A DNA stretch of 64,000 nt from the NCBI GenBank assembly GCA_002633005.1, contig NMRA01000236.1, positions 345,532 through 409,531 of the forward strand, given 5' to 3'. This DNA comes from Phoronis australis. Taxonomy: Eukaryota; Animalia; Phoronida. Positions 11,767-25,399 of this stretch are shown here, piece after piece. Numbering within the stretch: the stretch's first letter is position 1; each line of letters starts with the position of its first letter. The position numbers and the translations under genes are program-made. The notes below the pieces were generated by a model. It did not search any database. It was not told the DNA's origin and worked only from the letters and a program-made list of their open reading frames with translations.

Positions 11767-14700
11767 CTATGAAAGATGAACATCAACAAACTTCCTGGCT
11801 ATCCCATCAGTTGTCACCGCTGGAGTGTACTTAGACGTGAGGATTACATTGTCGTAGTCAAAGTCTGCATCAAGACAAAACGGCCGCACATCGTCTCCAG
11901 TGATTTCCTGGAAAACAAAAAAAGAATCTAGCATGTTATCACATGTTACATGAACAATGAAACAGCTAGATGTGATTGGTTCATATTACTAACTTACCTA
12001 GCCTTGACGAGCAGAACTACTTTTAAGAAAAATCCAGGTGTTAAGACTCATTTTTTAGAAAGAGGATACTGCTCCAAACAACTGGTTGTTATTCACTAAT
12101 AAGTTTCACAAGGCTGGTAGAGTTGATGAGCAGTAGTTTCTTTTTTTCACAAACAGTTGTGGCTCCTATCAGCAGCAATCTTCCGAAGTTATTGCATCCT
12201 ACATGGTGTGGTGATCAGAATGTTCCAAATTTTGGTTATAAGATGTCCCAAAATTTGAAACAGCCAGATCACGATGCCACCTAGAATCCAGTAACTTCAG
12301 AAAATGGCTACTGATAGGAGCCAAATCTGTCAAGGGTAAAGCTGCTCTTATTGGTTGTGAAAAAAGAAACTACTACTCACAACCCGTTGTTAGTTGATGT
12401 TAAACCACACTTTACTAGCAAAGTGAAATGTGAAAAATCAGAACACTCTCATGTCAAAGAAAATAACCAGACAGCTGTTCATAAACTAACCTGAGATTGA
12501 TCACTAGCGTTTTGAGCCTTAGATTCCCTTATACTAGTCCTTATCTCTAACTGGGTAATGTTTTGCAACTCATCTTCCCTTGGAGTTGTCGGAATGTCTT
12601 CTATTTCACCAGGAAACAATTCTAAATGTTCAGGGCAGGCTGAGTGAGAAGAAGCCGATTCCTCTTCAGACGGATCAATGGCAATTATGGTTCCTGTACT
12701 GTCGCGCTTCATCACAGGTAAGAAGCCTTCTTCAGGGCCTGGAAATATCATGAAATTCTCATATGCGAAAGTGAATGGATAAGTCTAGTAGCCACTCAGT
12801 ACATCACTGTTAGGTCATGAATTCAATACAAGTCTTGGTGACTGTTACTGAGACTCCACCTTGACCAAATTTCCTTAAATCTCCAAGAAAGCACCCTACC
12901 TCATTGAGACTGGTCCTGGACCCGTGACGATTACAACCTAATTTTACTGGGAAATTAAACAGGAAAGGTAGCCAATCACACGTTTTGAATAACCTTTCAA
13001 ATTTCAGCTTGAATGGGTGATTCCATGTTTGAGTTGGTGATCTAAGGGCCTGGACCTCTAGCTTTTAAAGCATCAAAAAAAGAAACTTATCACTGTTATA
13101 TCAGTACTTTGTGTCAACCCTGTATATCCTCAGTTATCCATGTAACGCTTGTATTATCGGGCACACGGAGAATACAACAATCACTAGTGAATTTCAAACT
13201 GAATTGAATTTACGATGTCACTTTTGTTCAAAGTGGCTACCACAAATAGCAACATTAGTGTCTTTAAAACACTTGTCACATGACACAAAAGTAAATATCC
13301 CAGGCAGCCTGACGGAAATGTGAACTAACCTGCATTTCGTGGTGAGAAGCTGGCTTGATACCCTCCAAGTTCAATCCACTCACCCTCTTCAAGGGGCACT
13401 GAGTCACCACTGTCACTGGCATTACCATCATCAATAAAGTTATCCAGCTGAAAATGCAAGTCTGAACGTTTTCCAATTTCATTTGGAACAAACAACTTAA
13501 GAATATTTACTCAATATGTCATGACTGTCAATGAGATCAGACCTGAATAATTATTGTGGGAGTACTGCAGCTTTGAACTACTGGCCCTTCAAACTACAGC
13601 ACTTGCAACCTATACACCTCATAAATGCTAATAGAGCAATGCGCACACCAAAAATGGCTAAGGTATATTACATTGCCTTTTTCACACACTAGAGTGAGCA
13701 ACACCTAATGAACTTAAAACTGAGTCCACAGAGTGCAGTGCTAGTCATCAAAATTGGCCAATGAAATACTAGAAGATATTGAGATTTGGGCAAAGAAAAC
13801 TACAATTACCACAAGGGGAAATTGTAGTTGGCAGATCCATTAAATAAATGAGGCTAGTCATGCTGATTTTAATGACAACTAATGTGTTATTCTTCAATCG
13901 GTTTGGCAGATAGTGAAGCAGGTATCAAAAGATAGTACTACTCTAAAAATTGCCACCAGGGGACACAGGCAAAGTCAGAACTATCCAAAAATGTGCCCAA
14001 TATGAGAGTGCATCAAGACTAAAAAAGCCAGTTCCAACCTTTCATTGTTTCAAATCGTTTTGATGTTGACTACACAATCCAATATGCATTTTTTACAGCC
14101 ATCATGGCAGCATTTTCAAGAAACTACAACATCAGCAGTTCTGAAATTTCCACATGGTGAAATGCATTGGGCAAATGATTCAACCCAACAATGTACAAAC
14201 CTTAACGGTATTCCCAGTGAGCGAGGACTCTCTTAGAAGGACACTGGGAGGCCTGTCACCATATCCAAGAACCTTCAGAAAACATGCTTCAACATCAAAA
14301 CAAACATTGTCCAATACATTTGCAGTTGCACATTCGGCCAGGAATGTTGTGATAAAAAAGATTTATAAAAAGGACAGTGTAGTCCACGCAATTATTACTG
14401 ACAACAAAAATGGCTGGCACACTTTACTACCATACCTGTTTGGATATAAGCCCACCTACTGCATGTGTGACATCACTGAATGGACAGGTTATTACTGAGA
14501 ACAACTATTCATTTTCTGTGAAATGTGGGTTGCACTATGCCTTATTCGTCAATGATTCTTTTCTCATGAGGCAAACTAATTTGGTATGTTTTGATGGAAC
14601 TGGTATACATATGAATGAACAATGAATGAACAATGAATGAACAATGAATGAACAAGAATGCCGCTGGCTCATCACTTGTTGTTTTTCTAGCACTTGTGTC

Positions 14701-15754
14701 CATAAGCTAATGCAACACCAGTAAAATAGTGAAATTTAAGTAGTTATTTGATTTTTTTTCATTTTGGACAACAAAGACAACTGTTTGACCCCAGTGAGAA
14801 AGTGTGCAATTTATTTATTCCAGTCAACTACTGATCTAAATGCTCTCACTTCTTCTTCCAAGCCTGTTTCCTGACCTTTACCCACACCATTTTCTCCATA
14901 AGATGGCAGCACTGATTGAGCTACGTTGTGTGTCAAGTCACTTGCACCATGCCCCTCTAAGTTTGATGACATAAAATTTGAAGAATGAGATTCTTGACTA
15001 GACAAATTGAGATTTGGAATCTTCACTGTATCTGAAATAGTTTAAAACACATGACTTAAGCCATATTAAACATTTTAAAGCCTAAAAACATCAAACAAAT
15101 GAAAACAATGTGCTTGACATTTTGAGACTACATGTGTGCACTCAGGGGAGGCTCGAGGGGAACGAGCCCCCCATTTGGCGAAGTGGGCAAAAAGGTCCGC
15201 CTCAGAGAAACAAAAAGTCAGAGAAAATGACACAAAAGTCCACTAATAAGGCAGGAATTTGAAAAATGCACAATTCATAGCTATATACGTACCACGTAAG
15301 GTCCACATTCTCAAAAATTCGAGCTGCCCCCCCCCCCCATATTTTAGGCTGGGTGCACGGGCTAAACATGTTTCATTCTTTATTTTACTAAATTATCAAT
15401 CTTTGACCAGCCAAAATTAAGCATGCAGCACTCAAATAGCAAATATACAAGGCACGGCCCTTGCATCACTAGGCATCGATGTTTAGCCCACCAAGCTGTG
15501 GACATTGAAAATTGCTTTTTTCATGCTTGTGATAGGCAGTGTTTTGTCAATGTATGGTACATGTCAATGTATGGTACGTGTCAATTCATTGGCCAGCTTA
15601 ACAAACCATTCAAGAGTTGCGTAAAGTTGCTCATGAATTGTGGATAGGACTGTTCAGTGTTCTGCACTACGGCATCTAATGCTGATTTGACACGGTCATC
15701 GTGCAGATTTCTTTGGTTCTCCAGCTCCACTCTATCGTTTGAGTTTGTTTCCAT
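11767..15754 (-). CDS. IFTAP: Intraflagellar transport-associated protein (C11orf74/NWC homolog), spliced, ~284-302 aa
   Basis: Exons 15754-15607, 15031-14850, 14272-14201, 13447-13384 (or -13330), 12738-12491, 11907-11767 join in frame. Motifs EQSYPQFMSNFTQL, LDNFID, LFPGEIE and EITGDDVRPFCLDADFDYDNVILTSKY match the blocks I recall from human C11orf74 (EQTY..[46 protein letters not shown]). Confidence 0.88.
12128..12378. repeat. Imperfect palindrome/MITE in the last IFTAP intron
   Basis: Arms gagcagtagtttcttttttc..ggctcctatcagcagc and gctactgataggagcc..gaaaaaagaaactactactc are reverse complements. Confidence 0.7.
14610..14654. repeat. 11-bp tandem repeat (ATGAATGAACA) x4
   Basis: Directly visible. 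Confidence 0.85.
15131..15360. mobile_element. Copy of the CATGCGCGCACCC MITE (reverse orientation, eroded ends)
   Basis: cgagccccccatttggcgaagtgggcaaaaaggtccgcctcagagaaac is the reverse complement of the 4145-4400 interior. Confidence 0.8.
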
Positions 15755-16086
15755 GGCAGCATCACCTGACAGAGGAAAAAGACAATGTGGTAAGTATTGG
15801 GTATTTAGGAAAAGAACTAGAATTACTCAGAGAGTGGCAGATCTCACAAGATCGATACGCGTAAACTTCACAGTAGCTTAGATATTTTTTTTCAGTTTTG
15901 TACCACTACCAGTCCAAGGGCAACGCAAGTGAAGTGAAGCTCATTGACAGCAGTTGGAAAGTTGCAAAGACTGTCCGGTGAATGAATTAACAAAAATATC
16001 CGCATGAATTTATACGATAACACGATAATTACGCCAAAGTGGAAAAAGTCCTTTTTCGTGGCCCCAGAGTTTGAAAACTCCAATAC

Positions 16087-16234
16087 CTAAATGAGACAAT
16101 GTCGAGGTACGGCGACGCTTCTCATCAGCACAGCGCTTTTCAGGTGATGTGAAAAGTATGTAGCGGAAGTGAACTTGTTTGTTCATGTGATCACACTCAA
16201 CCAATCAAAATTGGGTTTACAGGTGTAAGTAAAA
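16087..16234. promoter_or_regulatory. Putative compact bidirectional promoter for IFTAP and LIN-7
   Basis: Divergent genes. CCAAT at 16201 and ATTGG at 16210. YY1-like AAAATGGCCGC over the LIN-7 ATG. Candidate donor for a non-coding IFTAP exon 1 at 16086. TSS positions are inferred. Confidence 0.55.
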
Positions 16235-19200
16235 ATGGCCGCTTCGGTGGAACCGCTGACTTTGGAAGCTGGTAAGTTTTAGACTGTAGGTGTCTGCATG
16301 TTCCTTATCAGACATTACATGATTTATGGAACATCTTGTTCGTTTACTTTAATTGAGTGACTTGACAACAGCGATTCCGAGACAGTACACTTCTCCACCG
16401 GCATTCATTTCCACCAGTTTCGGTGATGGTTGACTCTGCCCTTGCATAGCCAGCCAGCTAGCTGTATGATGACTGTCGTTAAAATACAGCTACGTACCAC
16501 TCTGTTTATTTCTTCCATAGACCCCAAAACTGCACACAGCCAGGGTAGTTCTGCTCGTCACCTCGCCGTGAAAGTTGTATCAACATGTAAAGCTAAAAAC
16601 CGGAGGAGGTGAATTCAAAATCTGGGAATCAACCTCGCACTCACCTGACCTTGCCCGTTACAGCCGTTTAAGTGAAAAACAATGCAATAAACCTCATTTT
16701 CTTGAGTAACTCTCTGCCTTTTCTAACAATGAAAAGTATTTTGTCGTTTCGAAAACAATACGCTCGTGTCACGCGCACACGCCATTTCCTAAATTTTTGC
16801 GACATCTCTCGGGAGATATGATGATAGCTTGGTAGCAGCAAAATTTCTTCTGAAATTCAGTTTTTCGGTATCAAAATTCTAAAACTTATAATGAAGTGAA
16901 ACTAGTTCCAATAATTTGTTGTGACGTGTACGCAACCGCGTGAAAGAAGAACAGTTGTTTGAATCAGCGAAAAAAGAAACTGGCCAATAGGTGACGCAAA
17001 ATTTCATGGTGCCGAAAGCCATCACTAAAGATCACTCCACAACTTTAGCAGCAGAATAACGGTAGAACGCCATTTTTTCCGACACCGTTAAATAATTTAG
17101 TTCACTCAAGGAAGTCTGTAGTTTTTAATGACACTACTTTTGTGTCAGATTTTATCTTACCACTTTTTTACCGACAACGGTGCAAAGCTGTATATTTATA
17201 TACAGCTTTGTACCAAGGATAGCCCTTACCTTGTTTGTTACTGTCTGTGTTAGGCCCTTAGTTTGGGCTTGGCCGAGCTGATACCAATATTTCAACATTT
17301 CGCATTGGCGAGTATGTCTTAGCTTGCTCACTCACTCAGACAGACATCTGCTGAGGAATTATAATTGCTTTTTGCTGTGTTACGTTGAAAATTTGTGTCC
17401 CTCAAAAATCGAATTAGTCTTGGTGCAAGGCTGCATACTAGTAAATATACAGCTTTACGCCTATGTGGGTAAAAAATGACAAAATAAAATCTGGCGCAAA
17501 ATTTGTGTCATTCAAAACTGTTCCTTGAGTAAATTAAATTATTTACCTATGTTAGCAACAATTGGCATTTTACCCCTGTGGAGCGAGCTTGTGCATAGAC
17601 ATTTGGCGCCATGAAATATAGCGTCACGTATTGACCAGTTTCTTTTTTGATGATTATTCAATCAACTGTTCTGCTTCTACAAGGTTTTTAGTTTTTCAAT
17701 GCCAGCAAACTGAATTTCAGAACAAACTTTGCTGCCGTGAAGCTCCCATCGTCTCGCGACAGACATGGCGCCAAGATTTTAGGAAATGACATGTGCGCGT
17801 GTCATGAGCTTACTGTTTTCAAAATGACGACACACTTCACTTTGTAACAAAATGTGGAGGATTACGCAAAGAAATGATGTTTATTAGATTGCTTTCATTT
17901 AAACGACTGTAACGGACAAGGTAAGTGGTCGTTGACTCCCAGATTTTGCATGTACCCCTGCCTGTCATTTGCTCTACACGTTGACTTTAGTTTCACAACG
18001 AGGTGATGAGCGGAACTACTCGGGGTCTACCACAGCTCATCACACAGTGCATTCTATTATTCGCAGGTAACTGTTTCAAACTAAATAAAATAAATAAATA
18101 CGTTGTTCAGTTCTAGCCACTAGTATGTTACAGTATCTCCTGTTCACCTACGACATCCACAGAGATTTTGTTGCTTTCCTTAAGTTACTTGGTATCAACT
18201 TGACACCAACTTGAGTACTGGTAGAACATAGCTGCCCTTGACTATTCACTGTCATCTTGCTGGCTAACACTAGATGCATTACTGTAAAGTGAGTGTGTCA
18301 CGGTGGATGCATTAAAGATGTTCTTACTTGTTTCAGATGTAAACAGGGCTGTTGAGTTATTGGAAAGTTTACAGAAAAGTAAGTATTGAAAACTGCACTG
18401 TGAACTCTTGACATCTGAACGCTAGTCAGCTTTCTCTTATTTATGTTTGGATTAGTAGTTACAGCTGACCAGTGACTGTAATTATTAATGTAATATGTAC
18501 AATGAGGGTAGCCCCATCAGTTCACAGTGCAATGTGAAAGATTATACAGTTTACATAAAAAGCAGCTTCAAACCTGCTTTCCATCGCAAAAAGTTTTGAA
18601 AATACTTACTGTTCTTAAGGTGGACTGAAATTGTCCATTTTAAGAGTCAAAAATGTGATTTCTGGGCTTGAAAAAAGTGACAATTTGTTATTGCTCGAGA
18701 CTTTGCTCATGCCATGACCAGTCAGGTTGTAGAGGCTAATGTTGACCAATTATGAACTGTCAGCTCTTTGCAAGACCAAAAATTACTTCTTCTCTAAGGT
18801 GGGAAGAAGTTGAGACCAATTGTATGGCGATCATGAGCCTAAATCAAAAGTTTGATTCTTTTGCGGAACATGGATTCCTAGCTGCTTTAAAGTTTGTTTT
18901 CTGAATGATTATGTCCCTTGTATCATGGTAAAAATGGTGTACATACTTCTGTGGAACTGCACTGAATCTTGTCATTGTACAGGTTAGCTGCACGTTCGTA
19001 GTTGTCTGTTTTGTTGTTGAACAAGAGATATGCTGCCTTGTTGTTATGCCACATTTACTCTTCACTCTAAGCTTTTTTCATTCACAGACAGCAACTTGCC
19101 GACGGCTAAGCTTGCTGCACTGCAGAAGGTGCTGCAGAGTGAGTTCTGCACGGCTGTCCGAGAGGTGTATGAGCACGTTTATCAGACTGTGGACACCAAT

Positions 19201-22155
19201 GGCAGTGCTGAGGCCAGGGCAAACGCCACTGCTAAGGTGTGTTAGCAAGCCTCAGCCTATAGTCAGTCACTGTCACCAATTACTGTAGATGGCATAGTTT
19301 GAAATGACTTTTGCTTATATTTAATGTTCAGTCACTTATCTCTTTGTGAGGTCATAGTGCTTCTCTCAACATTTTTGCATTCTTGGGAAGAACATGACTC
19401 ATTTTAATTTGTAAAATTTATTTTTTACTATTGGAATACAGTGTTCATCTATTTGCTATTTAATTTGTCTGGATTTATACAGAACTGGATGGCTCACTCT
19501 GATTTCTCGGATGGCTCCGACTACTATGAGGCCTCCTAGCTGCAATGTTGTTTTGCATCTGTGACTGTATCTCACAAACTCCTTGCAAGTGTACTGTGAA
19601 AATGACAACTTTCAACTACCACTGTGCTGTGCTTCCCAGGGACAATTTTTTTCATTTCCTCTGTATCTTCAGTGTTCCTTGACAAATTTTCATGAAGTTT
19701 GTCATATGGGTTTCTAATAAAGAGATGGTGACAATAATATGTTTTCAAATTTAATAGATTTTTATTATTTTTGAATCTGTTCTTTGACATCCAGCTCTCT
19801 TTTTGACAAATCTGTTTAAGGATCATTATGAAATTTTGCATATCTGTTTCTACTGGGAAGAGCACAGCTGACAATGATTTTTGCATGGTGTCTGACTATT
19901 GTGGCACCCCCTATGGAAGTTCATGAAATTTGGAAAATGAGTTACTGTCACATAGACATCAGCTCCTGCATTGTTTTTGTTTACTTTTACAGTCTAATCT
20001 ATTACAAGTTGTTATTGTGTGCTTACTTTTAACAAAAGATTGAACAAACAGCTCCACACTGAAGCATGATGACAGTGTTGTTCTGTAATCCATGAGTACC
20101 ACCATATCTGTAGGCTACAGTGGCAGCATTTGCAGCCAGCGAGGGTCATGCGCATCCACGTGTTGTTGAACTGCCCAAGACGGATGAGGGTCTCGGCTTC
20201 AATGTGATGGGCGGGAAGGAGCAGAACTCGCCCATCTACATCTCCAGGATCATCCCTGGGGGCGTGGCTGACAGGAATGGGGGCCTGAAGCGAGGCGATC
20301 AGCTACTCTCTGTGAACGGAGTGGTAAGTGATAGGAACGCTGTGCTTGTTTGAACAAGGTGTTAAGTCTATTGATGTCAGTCATGCTGCTGGATCTTTAA
20401 ATTTAGTCAAAGTGGAGATCATGGTCTACATTATGTTAATGGCCGTCTGTATGGCAAGGTGTCAAGAGATTGGTGTAGCTAAGAACTGATGTCAGTGGCT
20501 GGTCACAGGTTTTAGATAGGTGATAGATAGCTAGCTCCGTCCTGAGTCTGAGAATTAAGATGAGTGGTGAAGTCTAGTCGAGCATCATTTGGTGGCTAAT
20601 GTGATTTGTTTTTGCACAGCAAGTTGTTTGCAATTTTATTATTAGACTTAGAAAATGAGTTATATGCTTTAATTAAATGAAGTTTGGTTAGTTGTCTGAT
20701 TAGACAGTAAATGAATTGACACACAATTTCATGTTGGTTAAACTGATCTAAATTCAGCGACTGCAAGGGAGGACAATTGCTGAGTGTTGTTACCTACATG
20801 GTGGCAGTGAACCATAGAACTGTTGACTGTTACCTCTTATCCCACGGACAGTTTTACTGTGATCAGTTGCACACCAAAATTTTCTGTCTTTCCCTTTTAA
20901 TTAAAATGTGTTACAAGACATATTGTGGGACTTTTATAGGCCAAAAAGTGTAAGTGGTTCTGACTTCCGTTGTTTTTGAGAGTCAGTGGGGTGGTGCGCT
21001 ATGTTTTAGTTGTTCATTGTTTTTAAAAAGTCACGAGATATGAACCGAAGTGGTTGATTGTGACTCAAAACTGCACCACTTGCCACTGGAAATACGTTAT
21101 CAGTCAAGGTAATCAAATGGAAGAGGTGACTGTCGCTAAGTTGCTAAGCTACTTTTTCTGAAAATTACCTTACATATATGTTTGTGCAGCTTTTGAAACG
21201 AATGTCAAGAATTTCAATAAAAGAGATGTGAGCGGGCACTTGTTCCTTTAAACAGTAAGTCGCAGGTCTCAAATTGAGATGGGGGCAGACCAGAAGCAAT
21301 TATGCTATTTGCTTTGGTCTTGCTTATCATTTATATGTAACCTTTTATAATTGCTGTTCCATCGTATTTACAGTCAGCCAACTCTGGTTTTATGTTTCAG
21401 TCAGTTGAAGGTGAGCACCATGAGAAAGCTGTAGATTTGCTGAAAGCAGCACAAGGTATGAAGTAGGACCGTAGCCAATCTTGAACTTGAATTAAGACCA
21501 GTGCTGGGTTGCATAAAACTTCAAAATTATCCACTGGATAAGTTTGATTGGTGCATTGTTCAACAATAACAACGTGGTGCATGATAATGCGATGTCATTG
21601 CCGCTATACGGCATATAACTTTTATGCTGTTGGGCCCTGGTGGCCAATCATAACCTAGTACAAAGGCCATTAGGCCAATCATCCATTAGAACAAAAGCCA
21701 TCTAGCCAATCATGAACTAGAACTAAAGCCAGTTATTTAGTCATGAGGTAGAACAAAGGTCAGATGGTTATTCATGAGCCAGTTCCTTGTGCATCTGATT
21801 GGTGGTGAGCTAGAACCAAGGCCAATCATAACTAAGGCCTCCATCGATTATGCAGTCACTGTGGGCTGGTACAGAAGGGCATCTGAATGAACTAGCAGCA
21901 AATTCTGAGGCTGCCAGCTGAGCTCCCATCTCTCTGTCTGAGCTGGCTTTAAAACGGGACTTGTCTGAAATAGATGTTCAGGTATCGTCCTGCATTGCAC
22001 TATGTTGGCAAATGACTAAAAATGGAGTATGGTATTTTATCTGAATACTTTTGTCATATATTGTAGGCACTGTGAAGCTTGTTGTACGGTACACACCGAA
22101 GGTTCTGGAGGAAATGGAGTCAAGATTTAGCAAGCAGCGTTCGCCGCCCAATTAA
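16235..22155 (+). CDS. LIN7: Protein lin-7 homolog (L27 + PDZ), 193 aa, 6 exons
   Basis: Exons 16235-16271, 18337-18378, 19088-19236, 20114-20323, 21401-21455, 22067-22155, all GT-AG and in frame (582 nt). Translation includes [96 protein letters not shown], near-identical to LIN-7/Veli. Confidence 0.97.
16518..18029. mobile_element. ~1.5-kb fold-back element with ~700-bp inverted arms in LIN-7 intron 1
   Basis: tagacccc..gtagttctgctcgtcacctcg vs cgaggtgatgagcggaactactcggggtcta. Inverted similarity continues inward (aaaatctgggaatcaac/gttgactcccagatttt; tacagctttgtaccaag/cttggtgcaaggctgca). Confidence 0.8.
21641..21835. repeat. Degenerate ~31-bp minisatellite containing CCAATCA
   Basis: Recurrent ggccaatcat...tagaacaaaggcca units in LIN-7 intron 5. 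Confidence 0.65.
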
Positions 22156-23394
22156 AGATACCATGGTGACATCATTTGCGTATGCAGGACCTAAACCAGA
22201 CCAACAACTCCAAGTGCATTCCTGGGCCTTTAGGGACTGCTGCACGGAAGAGAATTTTACCGCGACCAAAAGTCAACCATAATTTATACGTAGTCATTAG
22301 AATCAAACTGGAAAATTGTCAGAGGGTTTGTCTGTGTGTTACTTCATGGCTTCATGGAGAAATGGACCCTGTTTACCTAATGAAACTGGATTCAAAACCC
22401 TAATATTGCCCCTTAAGTAATAACATTCTGTTCAGCACAACAACTGTGCTATGCTGTGATAGCTAACAACTTGACATATTAATACCTGTTGTCCCTTAAA
22501 CGTAATTCCAGGTTTAACTATTTTAATCTTTGGCCTAATCTTTACTGTATGGAATGCGCTGGTTTTTAAACCTTAACACATGGTGATAGTTTGACTGTAT
22601 TACCCATAGGGATCTCTAGGTGCTTGTTAGGCAGGAATTTGTTTTAGTGTAGCTATATTTGGAATCATGAAGCCACGTAAATATGCTTTTTGAAAATAAA
22701 TGGCATTTTAAAGTTTATTACTTAGTGAAATGAAATTTTTCCAAGTATACTGATTTTTTGTGCAATTTGCTTTTACTTGGTGGAGTGAAATTTCTCCAAG
22801 TATGTTGCTTTGTCATGGTTTGTTATTTGTTTGTAAGCATGCTAAAGGTCGTATTTTTTTCTAATGACATAAAATTCTCAAATATCTCTGTTAAAATCTT
22901 GAGACTTTTTGCTGCATAGTGGAATCAATCCAAGAGTAGCGCTGTGACAGCCATTTTTGCATTTTCTATTAGTTTTAGCCCTGTGGTCCTTTCACGGATT
23001 CGTCTGATGTTTGGTGTGTAGATAGATCTGTAAAGGGCTTTCAAAGGTTGGTCATCTGTTTCTGGTTGTGACCATATTCCAGATATTTCAATGACTTTTT
23101 TAATTCGATTTTGCCAAGCCTGGCTCTTCCCAGTGCTTTCATCCTGTATTTTACTGGACATACAATTTATGATACTCTTGGGTGGGGGCTGGTGAGGTTC
23201 TAGACCGGACAACCCAATGCATTTACCATAAATGAACGAGGTATCAACATATGGCCACAAGAGCTCTTAGAGTGCGTCTCAGAATGTACAGATTCTGAAA
23301 TGGATGTCTGCCGCTGTCTGTACTCTGGATTTGGCCTCTGGATACCTGAAGTTGATATTCGATTTAACAGCCAAAACTGACTTAAGGGTTTCTG

Positions 23395-24163
23395 GGACCT
23401 TAATAAACCACCTCAACTCTAGTTCAAATATCAAAAACAATGCTTTGTCAATCATTGAAAGTATATATTTTCTGAAAGCAGAAAGATCAAGGATTCTAAA
23501 AATATGCTTACTACTGTGTCTATTATTGTCACATGGCCTCGTTTGTAAGTCAAATTTTCATGTGCAAGAGAAGTGCATTCATAGCAAAAATAACCCCTTA
23601 GCTGATTTTGCTAAAAGTTTTTCAAAGGGTTTCTTTGTTATTTCTCTTAAGAATTTTTGATAATTCACTTAGTTCAGGTTTTATGTCAAATTAATTATCA
23701 AAACCAGGCATTTTTGTAAAAAAAAAACAACATCCTAAGAGCGTTTTTGAGACATACCATAGTTTTCATTTGAAAAGGTTGTAGTAAAATCGGCTGGGAT
23801 TATTTTGCTATGAATGTACCTCTCTTGCGCATGAAAACTGAACTTAAAAACGTGGTTATGTCACAGTAGCAAGAATCATATTTTTAATATCCTCGATCGT
23901 TCTCCTTTCAGAAAATGTATACTTTTAATGGCTGACAAAGCATAGTCTGTCCATTCTCTTAAAGAAGGAGACTGGCAGACTTGAAAACTTTTTTCACGAA
24001 GAACCATAACCGGAGCTCGTGTTTTTAGTTCATGTGTTTTTGTGCAATGGCCCTAACCATGAGGTCTGCGCACGTCTGATCGCACCACAAATGACGTCAA
24101 GCCACCAGTACTCTTTTTTGACAAAGCATTTTCGATTAAGAACTAAGGTCGTTCAGTAAGGTC
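23395..24163. mobile_element. Palindromic MITE with a nested ~175-bp insertion
   Basis: Inverted arms (catgtgcaagagaagtgcattcatagcaaaa / ttttgctatgaatgtacctctcttgcgcatg; ggacctta / taaggtcc). Right arm interrupted between two tgacaaagcat direct repeats (23933, 24119). Confidence 0.7.
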
Positions 24164-25399
24164 CTAAATAACCTTAAAATGAATAATCGTGTCACAGCTA
24201 AACAGACAAATTTCACTCCGGAAAAGTTCTGCCAGAAACCCAAAAAGGCCCCCCCTGACTTTCTCGAACTTTCAACGTATTACAAAAAAGGGATGTCGTA
24301 TGATTCACCCATGCTATTGAGACTGTGGGTTGGGCCTGCAAGAAACATTTCGAGCTTTAAATTAGATATTCAAAGAACCTTCCGAAGCTGATCTCATGAA
24401 TAGTCGTAACGCAGTGAACACTTAGTGTTCGCTCTTTGGAATCGAAAAATTGTCCCCCCCCCCCCTTAAAAATGAGCTAGCTCGAACATTAGAGGTACCT
24501 CAAGAACTAAACCCGGCATTTATAAATGTATCGTTACACCACGGGGGGTCTTCCGAAGAAAAAAATGTTTGACTTACCTACCAGAAACTATCAAACAACA
24601 CTTTATCACCGAACGCGTTAAGCATGATAACCGTAAAATGTGAAAATTTATTTGTGTTCAATGTGTCGGAATCTTGCTTGCTACTCCAGCTTGGATAAGA
24701 TTCATTTGCCTAATCCAATACTCTGAAGAGACCAACAAAGGACACTTGGTACTGCAGGTACTCAAAACTGACCAGTAGAGGGCTTAGCATACCTGAAACT
24801 CGTATACCCGCAGCTGAATGTGTCTAAACTCATAAGCCAACGGAAGAGTTTTTCAGTTGGGTAGATGTTTGAGTGATAATAGTTCATACAGTAAGTCTGT
24901 AGTGGGGTGGGACAGGTGTGAACCCGTGCTCACTCGCCCAGGAGCAGTCGAGGCCCACCGATTTCACAAGGGTAGTTTTATTTGTTACTGACCACTAGGA
25001 GTGGCATGTCTTGATTAGAAAACAGGAGATTATATATTCAGCATCCTAAATTAGACTTGCGGGAAACGAATACATGTAGTTCGAACGCAATGCTTCTGTG
25101 GTAGGCTGTTCCTCATGGCGATGTGGGAATCATGCTGAACAGGACTCGGAATCTAATCTGTACTTGAAACGAACTCGAAATTATTTTTGGCAATTTCTCT
25201 GCTACTTTTGTGCGAACTCAAAATAAGTGGTTATTAGATTGCTCGAATACATTCCAGTTTACGTATATGAGTTTCTAGTCGAAGTTTGCATTTGATGACC
25301 CTTATATTCGTGTAACTAACTCGAGTAACGTAGAAAATAAATCTGAAACTAAATAAGGCGATCCAGATCCTCTTAAGGATACTATTGTTTCACGAAATG

